A stretch of 64,000 nt of DNA from Felis catus. Lineage: Eukaryota. The stretch spans positions 23,686,001 to 23,750,000 of the forward strand of contig NC_058383.1 of the NCBI RefSeq assembly GCF_018350175.1, in the 5' to 3' direction. This document shows, in pieces, positions 1-11,399 of the stretch (positions are counted from its first letter, which is position 1; each line of letters begins with the position of its first letter). The position numbers and the translations under genes are program-made. The notes under the pieces are model-generated. The model made no database searches and was not told where the DNA came from. It worked only from the letters and a program-made list of their open reading frames with translations.

Positions 1-282
1 AAATTTAACAAGGAAGGGGAAAATTCATCCTCTGAAAGCTACAAAACATTGTTGAAAGAAATTTTAAAAGATTGAAATAGATGGAAAATACTCTATGTGT
101 CAGAAGATTTAACATTGCTAAGATAGCAATACTACCCAAACTGATCTACAGATTCAGTGCAATCTCTATCAGCATCCAATCTGTCTTCTTTGTAGAAGCT
201 GACAGGCTGATTCTAACATTCACATGGACTCCAAAAGACCCTGAATAGCCAAAGCAATCCTGAAGAGAAAAGGAAAGCTGGA

Positions 283-735
283 GGCGCCTGGGTGGCGCAG
301 TCGGTTAAGCGTCCGACTTCAGCCAGGTCACGATCTCACGGTCCGGGAGTTCGAGCCCCGCGTCAGGCTCTGGGCTGATGGCTCAGAGCCTGGAGCCTGT
401 TTCCGATTCTGTGTCTCCCTCTCTCTGCCCCTCCCCCGTTCATGCTCTGTCTCTCTCTGTCCCAAAAATAAATAAAAAACGTTGAAAAAAAATTTAAAGT
501 CCTATGCTTTTGGGGCGCCTGGGTGGCGCAGTCGGTTAAGCGTCCGACTTCAGCCAGGTCACGATCTCGCGGTCCGGGAGTTCGAGCCCCGCGTCGGGCT
601 CTGGGCTGATGGCTCAGAGCCTGGAGCCTGTTTCCGATTCTGTGTCTCCCTCTCTCTCTGCCCCTCCCCCGTTCATGCTCTGTCTCTCTCTGTACCAAAA
701 ATAAATAAACGTTGAAAAAAAAAATTAAAAAAAAA
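283..735 (+). mobile_element. Two head-to-tail young CanSINEs (283-495, 512-735) flanked by one TSD
   Basis: Both have the head ggcgcctgggtggcgcagtcggttaagcgtccgacttcagccagg, a (CT)n stretch and an A tail. The direct repeat agaaaaggaaagctggaggc lies at 266-285 and 735-754. Confidence 0.95.
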
Positions 736-1813
736 GAAAAGGAAAGCTGGAGGCATCATGATTCAGGACTCCAAGCTGTATTACAAAGCTGTAGTCATCA
801 AGAAAGTATGGTACTGGCACAAAAACAGACACATAGATCAATGGAACCCAGATAAGGGCCCACAACTATATGATCAACAAATCTTTCACAAAGCAGAAAA
901 GAACATCCAATGGAAAAAAGACAGTCTCTTCAACAAATGGTGTTGGGAAAACTGGACAGCAACATGCAGAATGAAACTCTACCACTTTCTTATACCACAC
1001 ACAAAAATAAATTCAAAATGGATGAAAGACCTAAATGTGAGACAAGAAACCATCAAAATCCTAGAGGATAAAACAGGCAGCAACCTCTTTGACCTCAGCT
1101 GGAGAAACTTCTTACTAGACATGTCACCAGAGGCAAGGGAAACAAAAGCAAAAATGAACTATTGGGACTTCATCAAGATAAAAGCTTCTGCACAGTGAAG
1201 GAAACAATAAAAAAAAAAAAAAAAAAGCTAAAAGGCAGCCTGTGGAACAGGAGGAGATATTTGCAAATGACATATCTGATAAATATATAATTTATCCAAA
1301 ATATATAAGGAATTTATGAAATTCAACACCCAAAAAACAACCCTGTTAAGGAAATGGGCAGAACATAAAGAGACACTTTTCTAAAGAAGACATCCAGATA
1401 GCTAACAGACACATGAAAAGATGTTCAGCATCACTCATCATCAGGGAAATACAAATCAAAACCTCATGAGATACCACCTCACACCTGTCAGAATGGCTAA
1501 AATTAACAACTCAGGCAACAACAAGTGTTGGTGAGAGTGTGGAGAAAAGAAAATCCTCTTACACTGTTGGTGGGAATGCAAACCGTTGCAGCCACTCTGG
1601 AAAACAGTATGGAGATTCCTCAAAAAGTTAAAGATAGAACTACCCTAGGACTCAGCAATTGCACTACTCGGTATTTACCCAAAGGATACAAAAATACAGA
1701 TTCAGAGGGGTACATCTACCCCAATGTTTACAGCAGCATTTACCAACAATAGCCAAACTATGGAAAGAGCCTAAATGCCCATTGACTGATGAATGGATAA
1801 AGAAGATGTGGTG

Positions 1814-1821
1814 TGTATGTA

Positions 1822-1891
<70 letters not shown>
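1814..1891. repeat. (TG)n(TA)n microsatellite
   Basis: Direct reading. Confidence 0.95.
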
Positions 1892-1893
<2 letters not shown>

Positions 1894-2360
1894 ATTGAAT
1901 GTTAGTCAGCCATTAAACGGAATGAAATCTTGCCATTTGCAACGACATGGATGGAGCCAGAGTGTATTATGCTAAGTGAACTAAGGCAGAGAAAGACAAC
2001 TATCATATGATTTCACTCATATGTGGAATTTAAGAAACAAAACAAATGAACACAGGGGAAGGGGGGAAAAGAGAAAAAAGAAAAGAGAGAGAAACTGTAA
2101 GAGACTATGATAGAGAACAAACTGAGAATTGATGGAGGGAGGAGGGTGGGGGGTAGGCTAAATGAGTGATGGATATTAAGGAGGGCACTTGTGTGAACAC
2201 TGGATATTAATATATCAGTGGTAAATCACTAAATTCTACTCCTGAAAACAATATTACACTACATGTTAACTAACCATAATTTAAATAAAAATTAGAAAAA
2301 AAAGTAATAAAATTCATATGGATTTGCAAGGTACCCAGAATAGTCAAAACAATCTTTAAA

Positions 2361-3260
2361 CTTTTTTTTTTTAATTTTAGAAAGAGGGGAGGGGACAGAG
2401 GGCGAGAGAGAGGGAGAGGGAGAGGGGGGGAGAGAGAGAGAGAAAGAATCCAAAGCAGGCTTCAGTGCAGAGCCCAATGCGGGGCTCAATCCCATGACCC
2501 TGGGATCATGACCTTAGCTTAAATCGAGAGCTGGACACTCAACTGACTGAGCCGCTCAGGCGCTCCTATTTTTATTTTGAGAGATAGGGAGAGAGAGAGA
2601 GAGAGAGAGAGAGCATCAGATGGGAAGAGGAGCAGAGTGAGAGAACAAATCTTAAGCAGACTCCACTCAGCACAGAGCCCGACACCGGGCTTGATCCCAT
2701 GACCTGGGAATCATGACTTGAGCTGAAATCAAGAGTAAGATGCTCAACCAACTGAGCCACCCAGGCACCCCATATCTACTCTTTATTTATTTGTTTGTTT
2801 GTTTTCTATTTTTTAATGTTTATTTATTTTTGAGAGAGAAAGACAGAGCACAAGCTGGGGAGGGGCAGAGAGAGAGGGGGTAGACAGAATCTGAAGTAGG
2901 CTCCAGGCTCCTATCTGTCAGCACAGAGCATGACTTGGGGCTCGAACCTACAAGCTGTGAGATCATGACCTGAGCCAAAATGGGACGCTTAACCAGCTGA
3001 GCCACCCAGGCGCCTCTCTACTCTTTTTAATTTTTTATTAAAAAATTTTTTTAACATATATTCATTTTTGAGAGAGAGAGGCAGAGCACGAGCAGAGGAA
3101 GGACAGAGAGAGAGAGGGAGGCACAGAATCTGAAGCAGGCTCCAGGCTCTGAGCTGTCAGGCAGCACAGAGCCAGATGAGGGGCTCGAACTCACGCACAA
3201 TGAGATCGTGACCTGAGCTAAAGTCGGACATTTAACCGGCTGAGCCACCCAGGTACCCCA
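2361..3260 (-). mobile_element. Cluster of four antisense CanSINEs
   Basis: Four units, each with a T-rich tail and (GA)n, ending in ...gagccacccaggcgcc/gcacccc at about 2565, 2770, 3014 and 3260. Confidence 0.9.
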
Positions 3261-3348
3261 ACTCTTTTTATTTTTAACATAAGAGTTTAACAAACTTTTT
3301 TCTACTTTGAGGAGATACTATAGGCAAATACATGATTAAAAGTGGGAA

Positions 3349-3450
3349 GATATATATATATATATACATATATATATACATGTATATATATAATATACAT
3401 ATATATATACATATATACATATATATGTATGTATACATATATATATATAA
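3349..3450. repeat. (TA)n/(TACA) low-complexity microsatellite
   Basis: Direct reading. Confidence 0.95.
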
Positions 3451-4827
3451 TATTTTATGTATTTTAGAATCTGATAAAGCAGAGATAGGAACCCAAACAG
3501 CTCCCCATCCTAGGTCATTGAACATAGGAACAAACAGACAAACGTCAGACTGTCCTGAAGGAATAGCATCATTTCAATATACATACCCAGTATCAGGGAC
3601 TATTCTGATAAGCCAAAAATGATACTCTATTTGGTATACTCTGCTAAGTAAACCATGTAAATACAGTACATTTTAGAGAGAGAATCTAAACATGCACAAC
3701 TCTAAAAGCAGATACCTCTGAACATCCCTTTTGTCATCTGTAAGGATAAGAAGAGTCTTTCCTTTGAAGGGGTTGTGAGGATTAGGTGAGGTAATGTATG
3801 CAAGGTGCTTGGCATAGTTCATGGCACATGGTAAGCACCCAGTATGACTTTCCATTATTATGATGTATACAGTAACCAAACTATGACAAAGGCCTGGAGC
3901 TAATGGTGGAAAAGACAAATTGCATTCTGTAAAGTCTGCATAAGGAAGCATGTCAACACTTAAAATATTTTAGAACTATTTCTATCTAACATGGTTTAAA
4001 TATTTTTGAAGCCAGATAAACGTGTAAACAGTAAAAACTCATCTATCTAGAATGACTTATTCTCTAAATAATGAATTTTACTTATTTAATTATGAAAATA
4101 AGAATCATAGGCTACATTAAGTCATATTTTGGGGTGACATATTTAGGTGAAAGAAAGCAATATGATTCATCAACTCTCTAAATGCTGTAAAAAAAACAAA
4201 CAGCAGGCTGGTTTATTTTTTGAAGGAGGACATACCTTTTCCAGTAATGGTCATGAGCATGGAATTTTAATAATGCTTTGGAATTCTAGGACTCAGTCTT
4301 CTAGCCAAGTGTTTTGAAACCTGGCTTCAAGAATTCTTTTTTAAATAAAAAAAAATTATTTTAGAGAGGGAGAGAGACAGTGTGAGCTGGAGAGTGGGTG
4401 GGACAAAGGGAGAGAGAGAGAATGGCAAACAGACTCCATGCAAAGCGCAGAGCCCAACGCAGGGCTCCACGTGGGGCTCGATCCCATGATCCTGGGATTA
4501 CGACCAGAGCCAAAATCAAAAGTCGGACACTGAACCAACTGAGCCACACGGGAGCCCCAAGAATTCTTGATCAAGTAACTTTCTTCCTTATAATGGTTAC
4601 AGGAACGTTAACTGCCCCGGTAAAGCAAAACTGCCATTTATTTCCCTCCATATCTCTGCTAAGGTTTAAGTGAGAAAGTTCAGAAGAACAAAATTCAAAC
4701 GCTAAGATGTTTCAATTATCATGTCAGTCAGCTCTCATTGGGTTCGCTTTTCTTTTTCCCTTTCACTTCTTATTTCCATTATGTTTCTACTGAAACATAA
4801 TATCTGGGGCTCTGAATCTTTGGGTCT

Positions 4828-5058
4828 CTTTTTTTTTTTTTTTAATTTTTTTTTTCAACGTTTATTTATTTTTGGTACAGAGAGAGACAGAGCATGAACG
4901 GGGGAGGGGCAGAGAGAGAGGGAGACACAGAATCGGAAACAGGCTCCAGGCTCTGAGCCATCAGCCCAGAGCCTGACGCGGGGCTCGAACTCACGAACCG
5001 CGAGATCGTGACCTGGCTGAAGTCAGACGCTTAACCGACTGCGCCACCCAGGCGCCCC
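4828..5058 (-). mobile_element. Young CanSINE with TSD tttgggtctctt
   Basis: Near-consensus young-subfamily sequence, long T tract, direct repeats on both sides. Confidence 0.95.
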
Positions 5059-5070
5059 TTTGGGTCTCTT

Positions 5071-5207
5071 TTTTATTGAAGTACGTTTGACACACAATGT
5101 TACACTATTTACAGGTGATTGGATAAGTCTGTATGTTATACTATGCTCAGTGCCAGAGTAGCTACCATCTGCCACCACACATTATTGCAGTATCATTGAC
5201 TATATTC
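5071..5207 (-). mobile_element. Short 5'-truncated L1 3'-end fragment
   Basis: ttttattgaagta...cacaatgttac...tatgttatactatgctc...gtagctaccatctg resembles an antisense L1 3'UTR. It is flanked by tttgggtctctt repeats. Confidence 0.7.
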
Positions 5208-5333
5208 TCTTTGGGTCTCTTATGTGCATCATTTTGTCAAACTACTGACATAATCAGGCTTTTAATTTCCTCAGCCAGGTGAGAGTTAGACCTCTAATCC
5301 CCGTAGGAAGATAAAGGAAGAATCATCACATAC

Positions 5334-6056
5334 CTGTGGGCAAATAAAGCCTACCCCATACATGATGCTCCTTAGGAAAGAAGGAAGAACGTCCTCGGGA
5401 ATGAGATTATCTGCAAAGATCATCATGAAGTTTTTGAAGAAAGTTAAATGGAAGACTTGGAAGAAACTCATTATCAGAAAAAGGCAAAAGTTTTTCTGGG
5501 TCAAGAGCTGTCTCATCAATGAGACGATGGAGGTCCAGGGGAGATCCTGTTCACTTTCGGAGAAGAGGTTTTCCTCGGGGCTTCTTTTCGGTCCCAAGTG
5601 ACTCATGCGGTACATGCCAGTGTAAAGGCTGGCAGTGGCAAGAATGGCAATGAGCACAGCGAAGGCCTGAAAATTGAAGAAAATTTCCATGTTATCAGAG
5701 ATGAGGCCACCAAAGAGGATGCTGGTGGATCCTACTAGTGATGCCACTTGGTTAATTTTAATAAGCTGAAGCCGACTGTCATGTCTAGTGAAAATCTCTG
5801 CAAACAGCATACACTGGGCTTGCTGAACGAAGGTAAGCGTGCTATCAAAAGCACATAGCGATACCACCGGATGAAGTCCACTCAGCCAGTCACCTTCGTG
5901 ATAGTATTTCCAAGGGAACCAAGGAAGCAGGAAGGCTATCGAATACAAAGGGGCACCATACAACACAGAACTATGACGACCGGAACAGCAGTCAGCCTGA
6001 GAGTTGTGAAAATACCCAGTCAGGTCATTAAGAGCATTCCAGATCATTAAAATCAT
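5334..6056 (-). CDS. MFSD13B: MFSD13B-like MFS transporter, internal coding exon (723 nt, 241 codons, phase 0/0)
   Basis: Acceptor ttttttctcctag|ATG at 6057-6058 and donor CAG|gtatgt at 5333-5332. The hydrophobic multi-TM protein (IWNALNDLTGY, WFPW, FQVFHLTF) resembles MFSD13A/TMEM180 as I recall it. The position head-to-head with CDR2 fits recalled synteny. Confidence 0.88.
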
Positions 6057-7084
6057 CTAGGAGAAAAAACAAACAAACACAGGGATTATTTTAGTGTGGT
6101 TTATCCTGGTGAAAATGACTCCTGAATTTTTATTTAATGTAAAGTAACCAAAACTATCCATAAAAAACAGAAAACAAAAAACAAAACAAACAAAAACAAA
6201 AACAAAAACCACCACCACACACACTCAAAACCCTCATTGCTTTCAGGACCAGCAGGGGGCATATATCCTATAGTATCAATAATAATAACAGCTCATGCTA
6301 CTCCAAAAGCCAATGTGCATTCACTTTGTATTTAGGCATTGTACAAATACTTTCATGAATTAATTCATTAAATCCTTAAAATAATCCTATGAAGCAGGTA
6401 CTGTTATTATTATCCCTACTTTACAATGAAGAAACTGATGGCCAGAGAAGTTAATCAATTTGCTTACCTGATAAATGACAGAGCCAGGGGCTGAGCCAAG
6501 GCAGATGACCCCAGAATCTGTGCTTTCAATCATTACGTTAGACTGCTTCCCCACAAGGCACTCAGGGCCATGCCTCTGCAGGGAATGATGGCCCGTATAT
6601 ATACCATGGCATAGTTTTACATAATTTCATTAGGAAAAGTTAAAATACCAATGTTTACCATTGCAAAATGCCAAAAACACTAATTAAGTAATAAAGGAGT
6701 AACATTATAAAATATAAAGGTTTTTAAGGGCATTAACTTTATCTACCCTGACCACATAATTGGTAATGAGTTACAGCATAATTTGTGATTACCATGGACC
6801 TTTTCAAGATAGAGTGTCTTAATAATAATTCTAATTGTCCCGTATAAGTGAATTTTCCAAATAACCAAAGCTTACCCTTTAAATTCTAAAGCTTTAAGGT
6901 TTTAAGTGGCAATCTTTTAATAATTTCTTTGCCCTCAAGCAGAGGATCTTGGACATGGATAACCTTTTCTTAAAAACTCTTCCAGCTGTGTGAAGAATTA
7001 GCTCTTTGGGAAATTACAATAACATATAACTATGGGGAAAGAGAAACTGTCCTAGGTGAACAGATAATAAGGGCTCCATCTCAC

Positions 7085-7234
7085 CTGGGCTTGGTAAAAA
7101 GCCACTTCTGAAATCTTGTACATATGTAAAAACAGCTTCACATAGTAGAAACTGAAGACAGAATTTAGTATTTCAGTCCCTAATGTTATCATAGCATATG
7201 CCCAAGCAATGGGTTTGATACTTAAAAGTTTCAT
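7085..7234 (-). CDS. MFSD13B: MFSD13B-like, probable first coding exon (50 codons)
   Basis: MKLLSIKPIAWAYAMITLGTEILNSVFSFYYVKLFLHMYKISEVAFYQAQ resembles the MFSD13A N-terminus (NVFLLYYV..YKI..AF). The donor CAG|gtgaga is phase 0 and joins the 6056 exon in frame. An acceptor with a T-tract lies at about 7260. Confidence 0.85.
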
Positions 7235-7485
7235 TTTCCACGCAAAGGAATTCTTCCTCCTTTTGTTTAAAAAAAAAAAAAGGATAAGGGTTAAAATCCA
7301 CTATTTGCATATAATAGCTGATGGGTGGCAAAATTCCTCTGAACACTAGCTTAATTTTAATTAAGAATCCCAAACCACTAGCTGTGCATATGTCATCAGA
7401 TTTAACACTTAACTTTCTTATCCATTCACTCAACCTTTTTTGAGAAGTTGACAGGAACCCTAATTTGCATACAGTGTGACTCTGC

Positions 7486-7486
<1 letters not shown>

Positions 7487-7524
<38 letters not shown>

Positions 7525-7632
7525 ATATATATATACTGAGTACAATATATATGCACAATATATATTCAGTACAATATATACATATATGCACAATATATAT
7601 TGAATGAATATATATTCATATATATTCATATA

Positions 7633-7675
<43 letters not shown>
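7487..7675. repeat. (TA)n/(CA)n low-complexity tract
   Basis: Direct reading. Confidence 0.9.
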
Positions 7676-7678
<3 letters not shown>

Positions 7679-8073
7679 TTGAACCTATGACCTCAAGATC
7701 AAGAGTCACATGCTCCTCCAATTGAGCCAGCCAGGCCCATGCCAGTGAACGTATTTTTATGAACTCTTCCAAGTTATCCAAGTGAGATTTATCCATGAGT
7801 TTGGATAAATCCCCAGAGGGATGTGTTTATGTCATTATTATCCTCCCTACTTGGGAGGGTGCAACAGAAAAGGAATGATGAGGTGACATCCCTTAGCTAA
7901 AGTCAGAAGGAATAGAACCCTTCATCTTAATATAAAGCTGACCATTCAGTGGTTACAGACTTGCATTGGAATATTTATGGTCTTCTCCTGGAATATTATT
8001 GGTCTTCTCCTGACAGACTATATAACTTTGGCCCAAAGGACATATCTAAGATGGCTATAGAAATAACACATTC

Positions 8074-9000
8074 TGGGGGTGCCTGCGTGGCTCAGTCGGT
8101 TGAGGGTCTGACTCCGGCTCAGGTCATGATCTCACGGTTTGTGGGTTCAAGCCCCGCGTGGGCTCTGTGCTGACAGCCTGGAGCCTGCTTCGGATTCTGT
8201 GTCTCCCTGCCTCTCTGTCCCTCCCCCACCCTCACTTTGTCTCACTCTGTCTCTCAAAAATAAATAAATGTAAAAAACAATTTTTTTTAAAAAAGAACAC
8301 ATTCTGGTCTTTGCTCTAATGTAGGTACTCCTCTTAAATCTGGCCTATTGTCTTACCCTTTCAATGACTTGATTTATCCAACGGGAAAATAGGAAAAGGT
8401 TAACCAAGCAAGAGGTAAGTACAGATCCATCTTTTAATCCTGACTATAATTTAAGACAATGCCATGATTTTTCTGTTTTATCCCTTTCTTACTGGAATAT
8501 TTGGCCAGGTCTCCACAATCTTACTGAATCACAAAACAGACAAATATTCAGATAACTCAACAGATGTTACTTGCTTAGATAATCCTTGGGAATTAAGCAG
8601 ACACTGCAGTCTATATTATCCAATCTCTTAGGGAAGGAGAAGGCAAGCTAGAAGCAGGGTTCAAATGACCAAAATATCTAAGTCTCTGAGCTTCACTTTG
8701 CGTTGGGTAGATCCAAGAATGATTGTGATTCTATGGGAAGTAGGGCCCTACAATTAAAAGGGGTTATTGAGGTACCTGGGTGGCTCAGTTGGTTGGGTGT
8801 CTGACCTCGGCTCAGGTCATGATCTCACGGTTTGTGGGTTCGAGCCCCATGTCAGGCTCTGTGCTGACAGCTCAGAGCCTGGAGCCTGCTTTAGATTCTG
8901 TGTCTCCTTCTGTCTCTCTGCCCCTCCCCCACCCGTGCTCACTCTCTCTCTCTCTCTCTCTGTCTCTCAAAAATAAATGAATGTAAAAAAAAATTTTTAA
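8074..9000 (+). mobile_element. Two separate CanSINEs (~8074-8295, ~8768-9000)
   Basis: SINE heads, (CT)n and A tails. Confidence 0.9.
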
Positions 9001-11399
9001 GGGGTTATTAAACCCATATGCAGACCAAGCATTGTCTATAGACTGAATAAAGAATATTTTGCTCATATGTGCACTAGTATTCTTTAAATGTTTCTGCTGT
9101 AACGATTCCACCTGAAGTTTTTTGTTGTTGTCATTATGCAGTGCTAAAACACTTGAAAAGTACAAGTACTATTACGTGGAGGTCAGCCAACATTTTTGGC
9201 TTTAAACACAATTTTCGGATTTGAAAAAACTGGGAACTACTGGTAAAGACCCCACTCTAGGGAGTTACTTTTGGCCTAAGTGAGAATGAAGATTGAAGGC
9301 CAAAACAAGGCAGTCAGTTGAACCAAAAGCCAAGATACAAATTTAGCCCACCAAAATGCAGGCACTCTTCTTTTTCTTAGTTTTATTTCAAGCATGCCGA
9401 AACAAGAAGCCTGCCACACATTCTACGCTGATCTATCATTAAGTCAGAAGGTGGGTATTTATAAACCGAGAATTTTGCAAAGGGTCATAAACTCGCTGAG
9501 TTAAAATTTTTTAAAAAGATTTCGAGTTAAGCACCCATCCTGTCTGAAACGTGTGAATATAAGGTTTTAATAACATTATGAAAAAGTCTTATAACCTGAA
9601 CGTCTCTTTGTTTCTATATGCTAATCTTTGTATCGTTCCAATTTTAGTCTACGTGCTGCCGAAGTGAGCCCTCTCTGTTTATGTATACTGACAGAAGGAA
9701 GTAAAATCCCTCTTATTTTCATTTGCAAAAGGAACCATCAATGTTTTGCTTTAGACTATTTTCATCATAGTAAATACTTGTTTCAGTAAGTATCAAACTG
9801 AAAATCACTTAGAATTTTTTTTTAAAGACAACACTACTCTCTAAAAACTCTCCTTACCTGACTTTACTATAGCAACAAAACACAAAGAATATTATATCCT
9901 TCTGAGCAGCGACAAAAGACTTCTGACACTGGTTCTTCTTTAGCACAAAACGTTTTATACAGAAGAGTTTAAGTGGCAAAATAGGGCAAAAAAGAGTTTA
10001 AGTGGCAAAATAATGATATACCCATTAATTATTAAATGAAAACCCAAAACCCTCCTTTTAGAATCACCCTGGGTTGTTATTCACTAACCTACTACTAAAC
10101 CAAGTAATATTAATGTCACTGAGGAGGTGTTCATGATTGCTTCTATGTTTTGACTAAGTATAAGTAGACTGAGCATGATGGAGACCCCTCCAAAGCATGG
10201 CTTCAAACAGTGAAAGCTAACATCTCTTTTTCATTGCAATTTTTGTGCAAGATTTCCCAGGGGGAAAAAAAAGTTTCCCCAAAAGGTTTTCTTAGAAAGA
10301 ACCCACTAATCCCAAAGACAGTCTGTTGTGGGTTTGGGTTTGTTTTTTTGTTTTTGTTTTTGTTTTTGCCATTTTAAATTATCAGTAACTTTAATTCTCC
10401 ATAGCTTTCTCTTTGTTTTCTGTTTTTGAAGGAGAATGTGAAAGAACGTTTCAGTACACTGTCCAATTTGATATGGAGTCAAATGAGTTATTTGCCATGG
10501 AGAAAAAAGCTAGCACTTTCAATCTTGCGGATCAGTGACTATGGAAGATGAGTCCCTTGAAGGTCAGATGCCTGATTCTAGCCCTCAGCTTCCACAAACC
10601 ACAGTCAGCAAATCCTAAATCCAATCATCTCTTTCCAAAGAGCTCTATTTGTAGTGACTTACTTTTAGATTAAGATAGTTGGCTTTAAATTATTGTCTTT
10701 TGGCTCTGGACTCTATCTCTACCTGAATTTTGACAATTAGGGCAGTAAAGGCTCTCAGGTAACCTAAATTTCTTCTTTTTTTAACCTAGAAATAAAAGTA
10801 ATCAGTAACATTTTGCCTTTTAGTATATCTGGATTCAAAAGAGAAGGATTTGTGAGTTTACCATTCCTCTTTTATTACTTTCTAACACCATTATTCCTTC
10901 TGCATTTATTGGTTGGCATTCTGCTATAAGAGAGAGCACTGCTGTCTTCTATCAGTTGTTATCTTTACCTTTACATCAAGGTCGAGAACATTGACCTTCT
11001 GGTCTGTGCCCTATGTAGGAGTTTCTGGGTTTTGCCTGTACGATGATGGTAAAAGCCGCACCCCAGGAGCAACAGTGTCCCTTAACTCTGCGGAGAACGA
11101 AGTTCACTGCCTTGCTGGCCATCAGGTGCTAGGGCTGCATTTCCCTCCAGGTGCAATGTCATAACCCCGGGTGCTTAACTGGCGGTCTATGAATCTTCTA
11201 AAAGTCGTATACAAAAGTGCTTGTAACTTTTTTTTTTAAGGAGATACCTTCAAGCGCACCCCTTTTCTGCCCCAGATACTCAAGTGGATCCGGGGCCCTC
11301 TGTTTCAGGGGAAGTAAGTACAACTCTCAGCGGGTTGAAGGTGAGAGTTCAGTTAATCAAGGAGAAGACAGCTAACAGCTGTCGACCGACCCTTAATTT

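Larger units (their letters stand above)
1..2290 (+). mobile_element. LINE-1 3' portion (degenerate ORF2 C-terminus and 3'UTR), interrupted by SINEs and a microsatellite
   Basis: ORF 758-1198 ([36 protein letters not shown]) and 1659-1898 (IAKLWKEPKCPLTDEWIKKMW) are typical L1 ORF2 segments. Frameshifts and stops are present; the element ends in aataaaa near 2284-2291. Confidence 0.92.

Noticed and set aside
283..370. tRNA-like A/B-box sequences at SINE heads
   Set aside because: tRNA-derived SINE 5' ends followed by (CT)n and A tails; not tRNA genes
363..715. Many recurring short ORFs (MAQSVKRPTSAQV..., GAPGWRSRLSVRLQPGHD...) here and throughout the window
   Set aside because: Translations of CanSINE sequence, not genes
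758..1898. L1 ORF2-like ORFs
   Set aside because: Fragmented by frameshifts and stops; inactive remnant
3460..4800. Possible further MFSD13B exon
   Set aside because: Splice-like sites exist (e.g. a donor near 3586), but I found no convincing MFS-like reading frame
5286..6056. 256-aa ORF as a standalone single-exon gene
   Set aside because: The ATG directly follows an acceptor AG and the ORF runs past a donor at 5333; it is an internal exon
11240..11250. GTATCTCCTT as a U12-type donor
   Set aside because: Does not match GTATCCTT and no U12 branch site was seen; all mapped introns look like ordinary GT-AG
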